DNA of 10,143 nt, taken from Candidatus Micrarchaeota archaeon. GTDB taxonomy: Archaea > Micrarchaeota > Micrarchaeia > Norongarragalinales > Norongarragalinaceae. This document shows, piece by piece, positions 1 through 6,957 of this stretch; positions within the stretch are counted from its first letter, which is position 1, and the number at the start of each line of letters is the position of its first letter. Below the pieces are notes generated by a model. It was given only the letters and a program-made list of their open reading frames with translations, searched no databases and was not told the DNA's origin. Both the position numbers and the translations under genes were made by a program. The DNA is taken from positions 1 to 10,143 of the forward strand of contig JBBIMI010000028.1 in assembly GCA_037444485.1 (NCBI GenBank), in the 5' to 3' direction.

Positions 1-32
1 CGGCTGAAACGCTTGACGCCACTAGTTAAACT

Positions 33-160
33 AAAAAAGTATTGAAAAAAAAGTATTGAAACTAATTTATTGAAATTAGAAATTAATTGATTGTTAATTT
101 TGATTGTTAATTGATTGCCGAAAAAATTCTGGAAAAATTCTGAAAAAACGCTGAAAAAAC
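33..160. repeat. Cluster of short tandem duplications
   Basis: AAAAAAGTATTGAA x2 (33-46, 47-60); TTGATTGTTAATT x2 (87-99, 100-112); GAAAAA(A)TTCTG x2 (120-142); CTGAAAAAAC x2 (140-149, 151-160). Confidence 0.9.
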
Positions 161-166
161 CGGCGG

Positions 167-260
167 AAAAAACCAAAAAAACAAAGAAAAAGAGAAGGAG
201 GACAAAAAGAAAAGAGAACGAGAAAAGAAAAGAAGACGAAAAAAAGTAAAGAAAAAAAAC
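167..260 (-). terminator. Extended oligo(U)-rich tract downstream of ftsZ, probable terminator region
   Basis: A/G-rich on +, hence U/C-rich on the ftsZ coding strand, starting about 14 nt after the stop codon. Archaeal termination uses U-rich tracts. Confidence 0.55.
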
Positions 261-288
261 TAGAGGAATTCGATTAGAGGAATTCGAT
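261..288. repeat. Perfect 14-bp tandem duplication at the ftsZ 3' end
   Basis: TAGAGGAATTCGAT at 261-274 and 275-288; the junction overlaps the stop codon. Confidence 0.92.
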
Positions 289-1356
289 TTCGTCGAATTC
301 TTCCCTCGTTCTCTCACTCGCGTTGGCGCGAACACCTTTGCCTAAAACGTAAGGGCTGTTAATGCCTGTAAAGATCGCGATTGCCTCTATCTTTCCTTCA
401 AAACTCGGGTCTATTCTCGCGCCCCAAATCACGACTGCGTTAGGGTCTACGCGTTCCGTCAAACCCTCTCCAATCGCGTTGCATTCGCCTAACGTCATGT
501 CAGGACCGCCGGTAATGTGCAGCAACACTCCAGTCGCGCCAGTATAGTCGACGTCAAGCAACGCGTGGTTCAGCGTGTTGTCGATGACTTCAGGCACCCT
601 GTTCGGGCCCTTCGCTTCGCCGACTGCAATCATGCTCACGCCGCCGTTGCTCATTACAGCGCGAACGTCAGCAAAATCTAGGTTAATGAGTGAAGGCGTT
701 GTAATGGTTTCAGTGATTCCCCGCACCGCGCGCGCGATAATCTCGTCAGCAACGTTGAACGCTTGGTCTATCGGTAGGTTTGGAACGATTTGCACCAAGC
801 GGTTGTTGTCGATTACTATAATCGTGTCCGCTTTTTCCTTCAAATCGTCTAAACCAATGTCAGCTTTTTCGAGCCTAGCGCGTTCAAGCGCGAACGGGTA
901 AGTGACTATCGAAATGACGATGGCGCCTTGCTTTTTCGCTATTTCGGCGATAATCGGCGCGCTGCCTGTGCCGGTTCCACCACCCATTCCAGCAGTCAAG
1001 AAAACCAAGTCCGCGCCCGCAAGCATTTTCTCGAGCGCTTCGCGTGAAACCTCTGCACACTTTGCGCCGATTTCAGGATAACCGCCTGCACCGAGTCCGC
1101 GCGTGATGCTCGCTCCGATGAGGACTTTCTTCACGCTCTCGCTGATTGTAGTCAAATGCATTCTATCAGTGTTTATTGCAACTAGTTCAGCACCCTTCAC
1201 GCCTGCTTTTGCAAGTCGGTTAACGCTGTTACACCCGGCTCCGCCGGCGCCTATCACCATTATGCGCGGAGTTTCAAAAAAGGCTTCGTCTTTCCTTGAA
1301 TACTTCGTAGAACCAGAACCCTTGCCTTTCAACGCTTCAGAAACAATATCTTCCAA
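274..1356 (-). CDS. ftsZ: Cell division protein FtsZ (archaeal FtsZ2-like)
   Basis: GAGGAGCN N-terminal motif, GMGGGTGTG tubulin signature, T7 loop INLDFADV; YPFALERAR and DNNRL resemble the archaeal FtsZ2 subfamily. TTG start 6 nt after GGTGA (1363-1367, minus strand). Confidence 0.97.
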   Translation of the reverse strand: MEDIVSEALKGKGSGSTKYSRKDEAFFETPRIMVIGAGGAGCNSVNRLAKAGVKGAELVAINTDRMHLTTISESVKKVLIGASITRGLGAGGYPEIGAKCAEVSREALEKMLAGADLVFLTAGMGGGTGTGSAPIIAEIAKKQGAIVISIVTYPFALERARLEKADIGLDDLKEKADTIIVIDNNRLVQIVPNLPIDQAFNVADEIIARAVRGITETITTPSLINLDFADVRAVMSNGGVSMIAVGEAKGPNRVPEVIDNTLNHALLDVDYTGATGVLLHITGGPDMTLGECNAIGEGLTERVDPNAVVIWGARIDPSFEGKIEAIAIFTGINSPYVLGKGVRANASERTREEFDEIEFL

Positions 1357-1409
1357 ATTTAATCACCTTCCTCGCGCTTTAAAAAGTTTTTTAAAAAAAT
1401 CGTTTAAAA

Positions 1410-1456
1410 CTAGGTTTACTTCTCTAGGTTTTACTTCAATTGGTTTTACTTCAATT
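1410..1456. repeat. 15-bp tandem repeat upstream of ftsZ
   Basis: GGTTTTACTTCAATT at 1427-1441 and 1442-1456, plus a degenerate copy (CTAGGTTTACTTC) at 1410-1422. Confidence 0.88.
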
Positions 1457-1609
1457 TTTTGCTTCGATTACACAGTTGAATTTTATTCAAACGAGTTTAA
1501 AAACCGTTTGCTTGCCTGCGAAGAATCAGAGCATTTAACGCATTCAACGCCCGTCAACGCCCGCCAGGCTTAACTTCCGACGCGCGCGCCCGGCGTTCTT
1601 GAAGCAAGC

Positions 1610-1724
1610 GGTGGAGACGTGGTCGAGCCTGTTGATGGCGCAGCAACTAATCCAACGCCTTAATCATCGTCCTTAAATTTAAGTTGGTGGAGACGTGGTC
1701 GAGCCTGTTGATGGCGCAGCAACT
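1610..1724. repeat. 39-bp perfect direct repeat duplicating the 3' coding end of rpl10e
   Basis: GGTGGAGACGTGGTCGAGCCTGTTGATGGCGCAGCAACT at 1610-1648 (intergenic) and 1686-1724 (in the CDS), separated by 37 bp. Confidence 0.95.
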
Positions 1725-2335
1725 GGCGCAGCAGCGCCTGTGGGCGCTGCTGCAGGCTTTGATTCCTCCTTTGTTTTGAAAACGTGTTCAGTGCGCGCGA
1801 GGTTGACTGGGTCGTTCGTAATGTCGCGCAAAACGGTTTTCAAACCGCCTCCTAGCTTGCGTGCAGCGCGGTTCAACGCTTCCTTCAACAAACCCAAGTC
1901 TCTAGCGTAAATCCTTGCAGTGAAAACGGTGTCGCCAGGCTCCAAGCGCGCTAGGCGTCCTTTAGGCCGGCCGAAAGCGCGCTTCATGCCTTTTGAAATG
2001 CGGTCTGCACCCGCGACTCCGAGCGCGCTGTGCTCGCGCAGCACGAGGTGCGGGTATTTAGTCACTTGCAAGAAAAAGTTTTGGAAAACGTTTTTTTCGA
2101 GAAACTTGTTTGCCGCTTGCCTAGCTGCTTCAAGCGCGTTGTCACGCAATTGCATTGGCTTCGCCACGACCAGCGTTACCTCTAAATCGTATCGCTTGTC
2201 TACACCCATGTTGTACTGCCGTATTTTCGGATGCGGGGCTCCCTTGACGAAACTCTTGCGTGGTTTTCTCCGCGAAATGCGCGCCCAAGCATGCCCGCGC
2301 GGCTCACGGCACGTTCTCGCCGGCCTCAAACCCAT
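1679..2335 (-). CDS. rpl10e: 50S ribosomal protein uL16 (L10e) with Ala/Pro/Thr-rich C-terminal extension
   Basis: MGLRPARTCR N-terminus, QLRDNALEAARQAANK, YPHLVLREH, GADRISKGMKRAFGRPKG: conserved archaeal/eukaryotic L10e motifs. ATG start. Confidence 0.96.
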   Translation of the reverse strand: MGLRPARTCREPRGHAWARISRRKPRKSFVKGAPHPKIRQYNMGVDKRYDLEVTLVVAKPMQLRDNALEAARQAANKFLEKNVFQNFFLQVTKYPHLVLREHSALGVAGADRISKGMKRAFGRPKGRLARLEPGDTVFTARIYARDLGLLKEALNRAARKLGGGLKTVLRDITNDPVNLARTEHVFKTKEESKPAAAPTGAAAPVAAPSTGSTTSPPT

Positions 2336-2360
2336 TTTTTCAAGACACTCTCTTTGATTG

Positions 2361-2542
2361 CTTTAAAGTACTTTAAAAGTACTTTAAAATAAATCTTTTT
2401 TAGAAACAAAATGCGGAAGACAAAAACTTTCCGCTTTCCGTTTTGCTATTGAATGCTGTAGAATGAATCGAAAAACCAGAAACCAAGTAAAACTAGTTTA
2501 AACTAGTTTTTCGACGAAATTATTTTTCGACGAAATTATTTT
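2361..2542. repeat. Tandem and palindromic repeat cluster in the divergent intergenic region
   Basis: CTTTAAA(A)GTA-like x3 (2361-2391); CTTTCCG x2 (2427-2440); palindrome AAACTAGTTT x2 (2490-2509); TTTTTCGACGAAATTA x2 (2507-2538). Confidence 0.88.
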
Positions 2543-2660
2543 GCTTGAAACAGCTTAAAAACCTTTTTGACTAGCGGTTATGCTAGCGTCAAGCGTTTCG
2601 CGTGAAACAATTAAAACAACCAAATGGTTTTTTAACGCGTGACGCGTAACGCTTTTCAAA

Positions 2661-2674
2661 CAAAAGTTTTTAAA
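2661..2674 (+). promoter_or_regulatory. Putative BRE/TATA promoter for the 2725 ORF
   Basis: CAAAAG followed by TTTTTAAA about 50 nt upstream of the start codon; AT-rich context lowers specificity. Confidence 0.4.
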
Positions 2675-2724
2675 CAAAAACTAGTGAAAGAAAAACTATT
2701 GAGGAAAACTAGTGGGGAAAAAAA

Positions 2725-3630
2725 TTGAGGCTTAAAGCAACTACAGTATTGTTGTTTATTCTTGCAAGCGCTCCGCTTGCGAACGCGCTTGAAGAGTGCG
2801 CGGATTTCTTCGTCGTTTCCTACAACCAACAAAAACTGGTCCAGTCGCTCGTCTTTGACTCAGGCAACCCTTCGACGATAACACTCAAATCCTTGAAGAG
2901 CGGGACATACTACTGGTTTCCGCAGGACCACAACGAAAGCAATTCTTTCGACGTCGTCGTCGCCGAGCCTTACGGTTTTCTCAAGCAAGGCGAAATCGTT
3001 TTTCGGGAAGCAGGCGAACAAAAGTGGTACTCGAAAGAAAAAGGCGATAAAGTTTATTATAACTGTACTGCCGAAGGCAAGGGCTTGACGGACTGGTTCA
3101 CGTTCTCGTTCCTTAAAGAAAAAGAAATCGCGTTAAGCGATGGCACGACGATGACCGCAAACTTTTCACTCGTTTCTTCAAACAACGCGTCGAACGCTTT
3201 CACGTTTCCAGACGGCACGGTTGCAAGCGATTTCCTCGTGTTGACGCAAAACATGGTGCGTCAAAACCTGGTGCAGTACAAGGCAGGCACCGTGTTCTTT
3301 AAAACAGGGAAAGGGCACGCCGCAATAACGACTTTAAACGGTTATCCGCGCGTGCAGTACGTTGGGTGCTGCGCAACCCGCCTCGCGCCGACTGCTGTTC
3401 CAACGCCTTCGCCAAGCGCTTCACCGTCGCCCACACTTGTCCCTTCACCGACTCCTTCACTTTCAACGCCTTCGCCAAGCGCTTCACCGTCGCCTTCACC
3501 ATTACCTTCGCCGAGTTCGACGCCGCAACCGCAACAACAATTCAATTATTCTGGAATAATGGCTGGAATCGTTTTAATTATTGTCTTAATCGCGTTGGTT
3601 GCCTTCGCGTTTAAGCTAAAGAGAAAATAA
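2725..3630 (+). CDS. Hypothetical secreted, C-terminally membrane-anchored surface protein
   Basis: Signal peptide (MRLKATTVLLFILASAPLANA), globular domain, Pro/Ser/Thr-rich linker (31-bp internal repeat 3401-3431/3464-3494), C-terminal hydrophobic helix and basic tail KLKRK. TTG start. Confidence 0.85.
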   Translation: MRLKATTVLLFILASAPLANALEECADFFVVSYNQQKLVQSLVFDSGNPSTITLKSLKSGTYYWFPQDHNESNSFDVVVAEPYGFLKQGEIVFREAGEQKWYSKEKGDKVYYNCTAEGKGLTDWFTFSFLKEKEIALSDGTTMTANFSLVSSNNASNAFTFPDGTVASDFLVLTQNMVRQNLVQYKAGTVFFKTGKGHAAITTLNGYPRVQYVGCCATRLAPTAVPTPSPSASPSPTLVPSPTPSLSTPSPSASPSPSPLPSPSSTPQPQQQFNYSGIMAGIVLIIVLIALVAFAFKLKRK

Positions 3631-3704
3631 AAAAGAATGATGGGATGAGAAGGATGAGCAAGGTTTTAAAAAAAAAGTTTTTGGGGTAGAGAGGTGAAAG
3701 AATT

Positions 3705-4355
3705 TTGGTGGCAAACAAGGTTTTCAGGGTTTTCAGGCAAACTGTTTTCTTGCTCGCGTTCACTGTAATGGCTTCACTTGCAAGCGCAAGCATTCCAACG
3801 TTTGCAATTGACGCGCCGACGCAAGCGTACGCTGGCGAACCGGTTACAATAATCGTGCACGTTTCGCATTCAGACCAAAGTGGCTTGCATTACGTTAACG
3901 ACATCAAGCTGTTCGTGAACGACGAACTCGTCAAGGAATGGATGTACGACAAGAATACTTACATTAAGAACGGCTTGTGGAACGAGACAACTGAAGTTAC
4001 TCTAGCCGGCGACGCCGAGATTTACGCGACTGGCTGCAGTACTCCCGGCTCCAGCGGATTCGGCTGCAGCATTAAAGCAGAGAAATCTTTGGCGCGAATC
4101 ACCGTGATTCTAAAGCCAGTTGAAGCGGCTTCACCAACGCCGACAACAACAGCAACGACTACAGCGCCCGAAATAACGAGACCGACTCCAACGCAAGCGC
4201 CAGCTGCGCCAAAACAACAGGGCGACAACACGTTGCTTTGGCTCGCGGTTGGAGTGATAATGTTAATCGCGATTGCCGCATTCGCGTTCTACGCTATGCG
4301 CAAAAAACCCAGGACGCATTACCCGCCGCACGCACACAAAACGCGCAAGAAATAA
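3705..4355 (+). CDS. Hypothetical membrane-anchored surface protein with possible superoxide-reductase/SoxZ-like beta-sandwich
   Basis: GAGGTGA RBS (3691-3697) 7 nt before TTG; signal peptide ending ASLASA; HSDQSGLHYVNDIKL resembles the HxxxxxHYI strand of desulfoferrodoxin-type domains; Thr/Pro linker, TM helix, basic His-containing tail. The fold assignment is tentative. Confidence 0.8.
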   Translation: MVANKVFRVFRQTVFLLAFTVMASLASASIPTFAIDAPTQAYAGEPVTIIVHVSHSDQSGLHYVNDIKLFVNDELVKEWMYDKNTYIKNGLWNETTEVTLAGDAEIYATGCSTPGSSGFGCSIKAEKSLARITVILKPVEAASPTPTTTATTTAPEITRPTPTQAPAAPKQQGDNTLLWLAVGVIMLIAIAAFAFYAMRKKPRTHYPPHAHKTRKK

Positions 4356-4356
4356 A

Positions 4357-4643
4357 TTCCTTTTTTTATTCTTCCCTTCTCTCCCTCCTTTCTCTCTTTT
4401 TCTCTCTTTTTCTCTTTTTCTTTTTTTTCTTTCTTTTTTCTTTTTCTCTTCCCTTTTCTCTTTCTTTTTCTTTCTTTTCCCTTTTTTCTCTTTCTATTTT
4501 TTTTCTTTTTTTTGTTTGTTTTTCTTTCTTTCCTCTTTCTTTTTTCTTTCTTTTTTTCTTCTTCTTTTTTTCTTTTTCTTTTTTTTCTTTCTTCTTCTCT
4601 TTCTCTATTTTTCTTCTTTATTTTTTTCTCTTTCTTTTTCTCC
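4357..4643 (+). terminator. 287-bp polypyrimidine (T/C) tract; expanded U-rich terminator-like low-complexity region
   Basis: Begins 2 nt after the TAA of the 3705 ORF; only 6 purines counted (4368, 4496, 4514, 4518, 4607, 4620). The terminator role is inferred. Confidence 0.6.
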
Positions 4644-4718
4644 AAAAACGTTTTTTAACGAGTTTAAACCAAATTTGTTTGATTTCATTTAATTGTTGAT
4701 TGCGGAGAGTGTTTAGAA

Positions 4719-6209
4719 ACGAGAAAGTTTTACGTCACGACGCCGATTTACTACGTGAACGACGTCACGCACATTGGGCACGCTTACACTACGATTGCGG
4801 CCGACGTCATCGCGCGCTATCACAGGCTTAAAGGCAAAGATGTTTTTTTCCTTACCGGTTTGGACGAGAATTCGGAAAAAACCGTGCAAGCCGCGAAAAA
4901 ACTCGGTGTGAAAGACTTTCAAGAATACGTCGACGGAATGGCTGTAAGTTGGAAGCGCGCGTGGCAGATTCTCAATATAAGCAACGACGATTTCATTCGC
5001 ACTACTGAAGAACGACACAAGAAGATAGTCAACGAGTTCTTTCAAAAGGTTTACGAGCGTGGAGACATTTACAAAGGCAATTACGAAGGGCTTTACTGCG
5101 AGGGTTGTGAAGCGTTCGTCACGGAAAGCGATTTGATTGACGGAGAGTGCCCGCTGCACAAGAAAACGCCGAAAAAAATCATTGAAGAAAATTATTTCTT
5201 CAAATTATCTAAATACCAGCAAGAATTACTTGAATTTATTAAAAACAATCCGAGTTTTATTCAACCCGAATCCAAGCGGCATGAAGTGCTTAACTTTATT
5301 CAATCCGGACTAAAAGACATCAGCATTTCGCGCCCTAATAAAGAATGGGGCATCCCATTACCGATTGATGAAAAACAAAAGTTTTGGGTTTGGTTTGACG
5401 CACTCATCAACTACATCTCTGCAGCACCCAGCCGCTGGCCTGCAGACTTACACTTGATAGCGCGCGACATCCTGCGCTTTCACACAATCATTTGGGGCGG
5501 AATGCTGTTAAGCGCAGAATACGAATTCCCGAAGAAAGTGTTCGCGCACGGTTTCCTAACAATAGACGGCCAAAAGATAAGCAAGAGCCTAGGCAACGCG
5601 ATAGATCCCGTTAGCTTAAGCGAAAAATACTCCGCAGACGCGTTGCGTTATTATTTATTTAGGGAAATCAGCTTCGGTGAAGACGGCGATTTTTCTGAAC
5701 GCGCACTAAAAACCCGCTTCAACAACGAACTCGCAGACGCGTACGGCAACTTCGCATACCGCACACTCTCATTCATAAAAACGCGTTTCGAAGGAGTTAT
5801 TCCAGAACCAACGCATTACGAAAACAAAGACACCGCATTCAAAAAAAAGATGGATGCGCTCGCACAAAAAGCAGGCGATAAAATCGAGGCACTGAAACTG
5901 CATGAAGCGCTTGAAGAAATAATGCTATTCGCAGACGACTGCAACAAGTACTTTAACGACAAAGCGCCATGGCGCTTGCTCAAAGAAGGCGGCGCAGGCG
6001 CGGCGAACGCGCGCACAGTGCTTTTCCTCTCAACGAAAGCAGTTTTCGCCCTCTCGCTCGCGCTCTACCCCTTTATTCCAGCAACCGCAGAAAAAGCGTT
6101 CGCGCAGTTGAGAATCAAAAACGCTGTCAAGTGGGGCGACTACTCAAGCTTGAAGCCAGGCGCGAAGCTAGGCGAAATCGCGCCCTTGTTGAAGAAAATA
6201 ATAGACTAA
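4719..6209 (+). CDS. metG: Methionine--tRNA ligase, short form lacking the C-terminal tRNA-binding domain
   Basis: KFYVTTPIYYVN, HIGH, LTGLDE, zinc knuckle CEGC..CPLH, VWFDALINY, DILRFH, KISKS. The ORF track start (GTG 4755) truncates the conserved first strand; in-frame ACG at 4719 is proposed as the start. Confidence 0.95.
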   Translation, partial: TRKFYVTTPIYYVNDVTHIGHAYTTIAADVIARYHRLKGKDVFFLTGLDENSEKTVQAAKKLGVKDFQEYVDGMAVSWKRAWQILNISNDDFIRTTEERHKKIVNEFFQKVYERGDIYKGNYEGLYCEGCEAFVTESDLIDGECPLHKKTPKKIIEENYFFKLSKYQQELLEFIKNNPSFIQPESKRHEVLNFIQSGLKDISISRPNKEWGIPLPIDEKQKFWVWFDALINYISAAPSRWPADLHLIARDILRFHTIIWGGMLLSAEYEFPKKVFAHGFLTIDGQKISKSLGNAIDPVSLSEKYSADALRYYLFREISFGEDGDFSERALKTRFNNELADAYGNFAYRTLSFIKTRFEGVIPEPTHYENKDTAFKKKMDALAQKAGDKIEALKLHEALEEIMLFADDCNKYFNDKAPWRLLKEGGAGAANARTVLFLSTKAVFALSLALYPFIPATAEKAFAQLRIKNAVKWGDYSSLKPGAKLGEIAPLLKKIID

Positions 6210-6302
6210 CAGAAAACACGAAGTTTCCAGAACTGGTTTCCAAAAACCGCTTGTTTTTTTAAGGCGAATGACGCAATTCGTTTAAGCAAAAAGAGGGGGT
6301 GA

Positions 6303-6563
6303 ATGGTTTTGGGTAAGTTGTTGGTGGGGAAAGTAAGTCATTACTTCAACAAAGCCGGCGTTGCTGTAATTGATTTAACAGGCGAGTTGAAGATTGGCGA
6401 CGAGGTTTCTTTCGAGGGAGCGCACACAAACTTCCAGCAAACCGTTGCTTCAATGCAAATAGAGCACAAGAATGTTGCAAGCGCGAAAGCCGGGCAAAGC
6501 ATTGGATTAAAGACGAACGACCGCGTTCACGAGCACGACGCTGTTTACAAGATTACTGACTAA
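6303..6563 (+). CDS. Small translation elongation factor-like (EF-Tu domain II / U32 C-terminal beta-barrel) protein
   Basis: VGKVSHYFNKAGVAVIDL...LKIGD...QTVASMQIEH...AKAGQSIGLK...VHEHDAVY pattern; GAGGGGGTGA RBS (true start may be TTG 6309, 6 nt after GGTGA). Confidence 0.85.
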   Translation: MVLGKLLVGKVSHYFNKAGVAVIDLTGELKIGDEVSFEGAHTNFQQTVASMQIEHKNVASAKAGQSIGLKTNDRVHEHDAVYKITD

Positions 6564-6580
6564 ATTACTGATTAAAACCC

Positions 6581-6699
6581 CAAGAAAAAAAGCAAGAATA
6601 AAAACAAAGACAAGAAACAAAAAAAAACCAAAACAAGAAACAAAAAAAACAACAAAATCAAACCAAAACAAGAAACAAAAAAACAAGAAACAAAAAAAA
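6581..6699 (-). terminator. Extended U-rich tract downstream of tRNA-Glu, built from CAAGAAACAAAAAAA-like units on +
   Basis: A-rich on +, U-rich on the tRNA strand, starting about 5 nt after the discriminator base; CAAGAAAC followed by an A-run recurs four times. Confidence 0.55.
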
Positions 6700-6704
6700 T
6701 CGAG

Positions 6705-6821
6705 TGCTCCAGCCGGGATTTGAACCCGGGTCAACGGCTTTCTTCAAAAGGTTTTCTTTTTTCCAAGAAAGAAAAGCTTTTCGAAAGGCCGTTATCCTTG
6801 ACCGGACTAGACGACTGGAGC
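6705..6821 (-). tRNA. tRNA-Glu(TTC) with 42-nt intron at 37/38 (6740-6781)
   Basis: Acceptor GCTCCAG/CTGGAGC+A, anticodon stem ACGGC/GCCGT, loop CT-TTC-G^A, T-arm CCGGG-TTCAAAT-CCCGG. Intron 3' end GAAG-AA pairs with C32-U35 as in a BHB motif, and the intron forms a hairpin. No encoded CCA. Confidence 0.95.
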
Positions 6822-6856
6822 GGCATTTCGAAACCGTTTCGAGAAATAGTTTTGGT

Positions 6857-6870
6857 TTAATAAAGCTTTT
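6857..6870 (-). promoter_or_regulatory. Putative BRE/TATA promoter of tRNA-Glu
   Basis: Minus strand reads AAAAGC-TTTATTAA about 36-43 nt upstream of G1. Confidence 0.5.
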
Positions 6871-6957
6871 AATGATTTTTGTGGTTTTCATAACTTGCTA
6901 TAATTTTCGCGATTTTTTTCGTTTTTTCGTTTTTTCGCTCGCCTCAATTCGCTCGCT

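Noticed and set aside
167..288. A-rich tracts next to short duplications as retro-insertions with poly(A) tail and target-site duplication
   Set aside because: The duplicated copies are adjacent to each other and do not flank the tracts; no reverse transcriptase is present in the window.
1610..1724. 39-bp repeat with 37-bp spacer resembling a minimal CRISPR array
   Set aside because: Only two copies, one is coding sequence of rpl10e, no repeat-like terminal motif, leader or cas genes.
2340..2720. Replication origin in the AT-rich, repeat-containing divergent region
   Set aside because: No recognisable ORB element with G-string and no adjacent orc1/cdc6; the repeats match the window-wide duplication pattern.
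4238..4699. ORFs 4238-4699(+), 4273-4692(+) and 4319-4645(-) encoding Phe/Ser/Leu-rich or Lys/Glu/Arg-rich peptides
   Set aside because: A pure pyrimidine or purine tract cannot contain stop codons, so open frames are expected; all three overlap the 3705 gene and show no family motifs.
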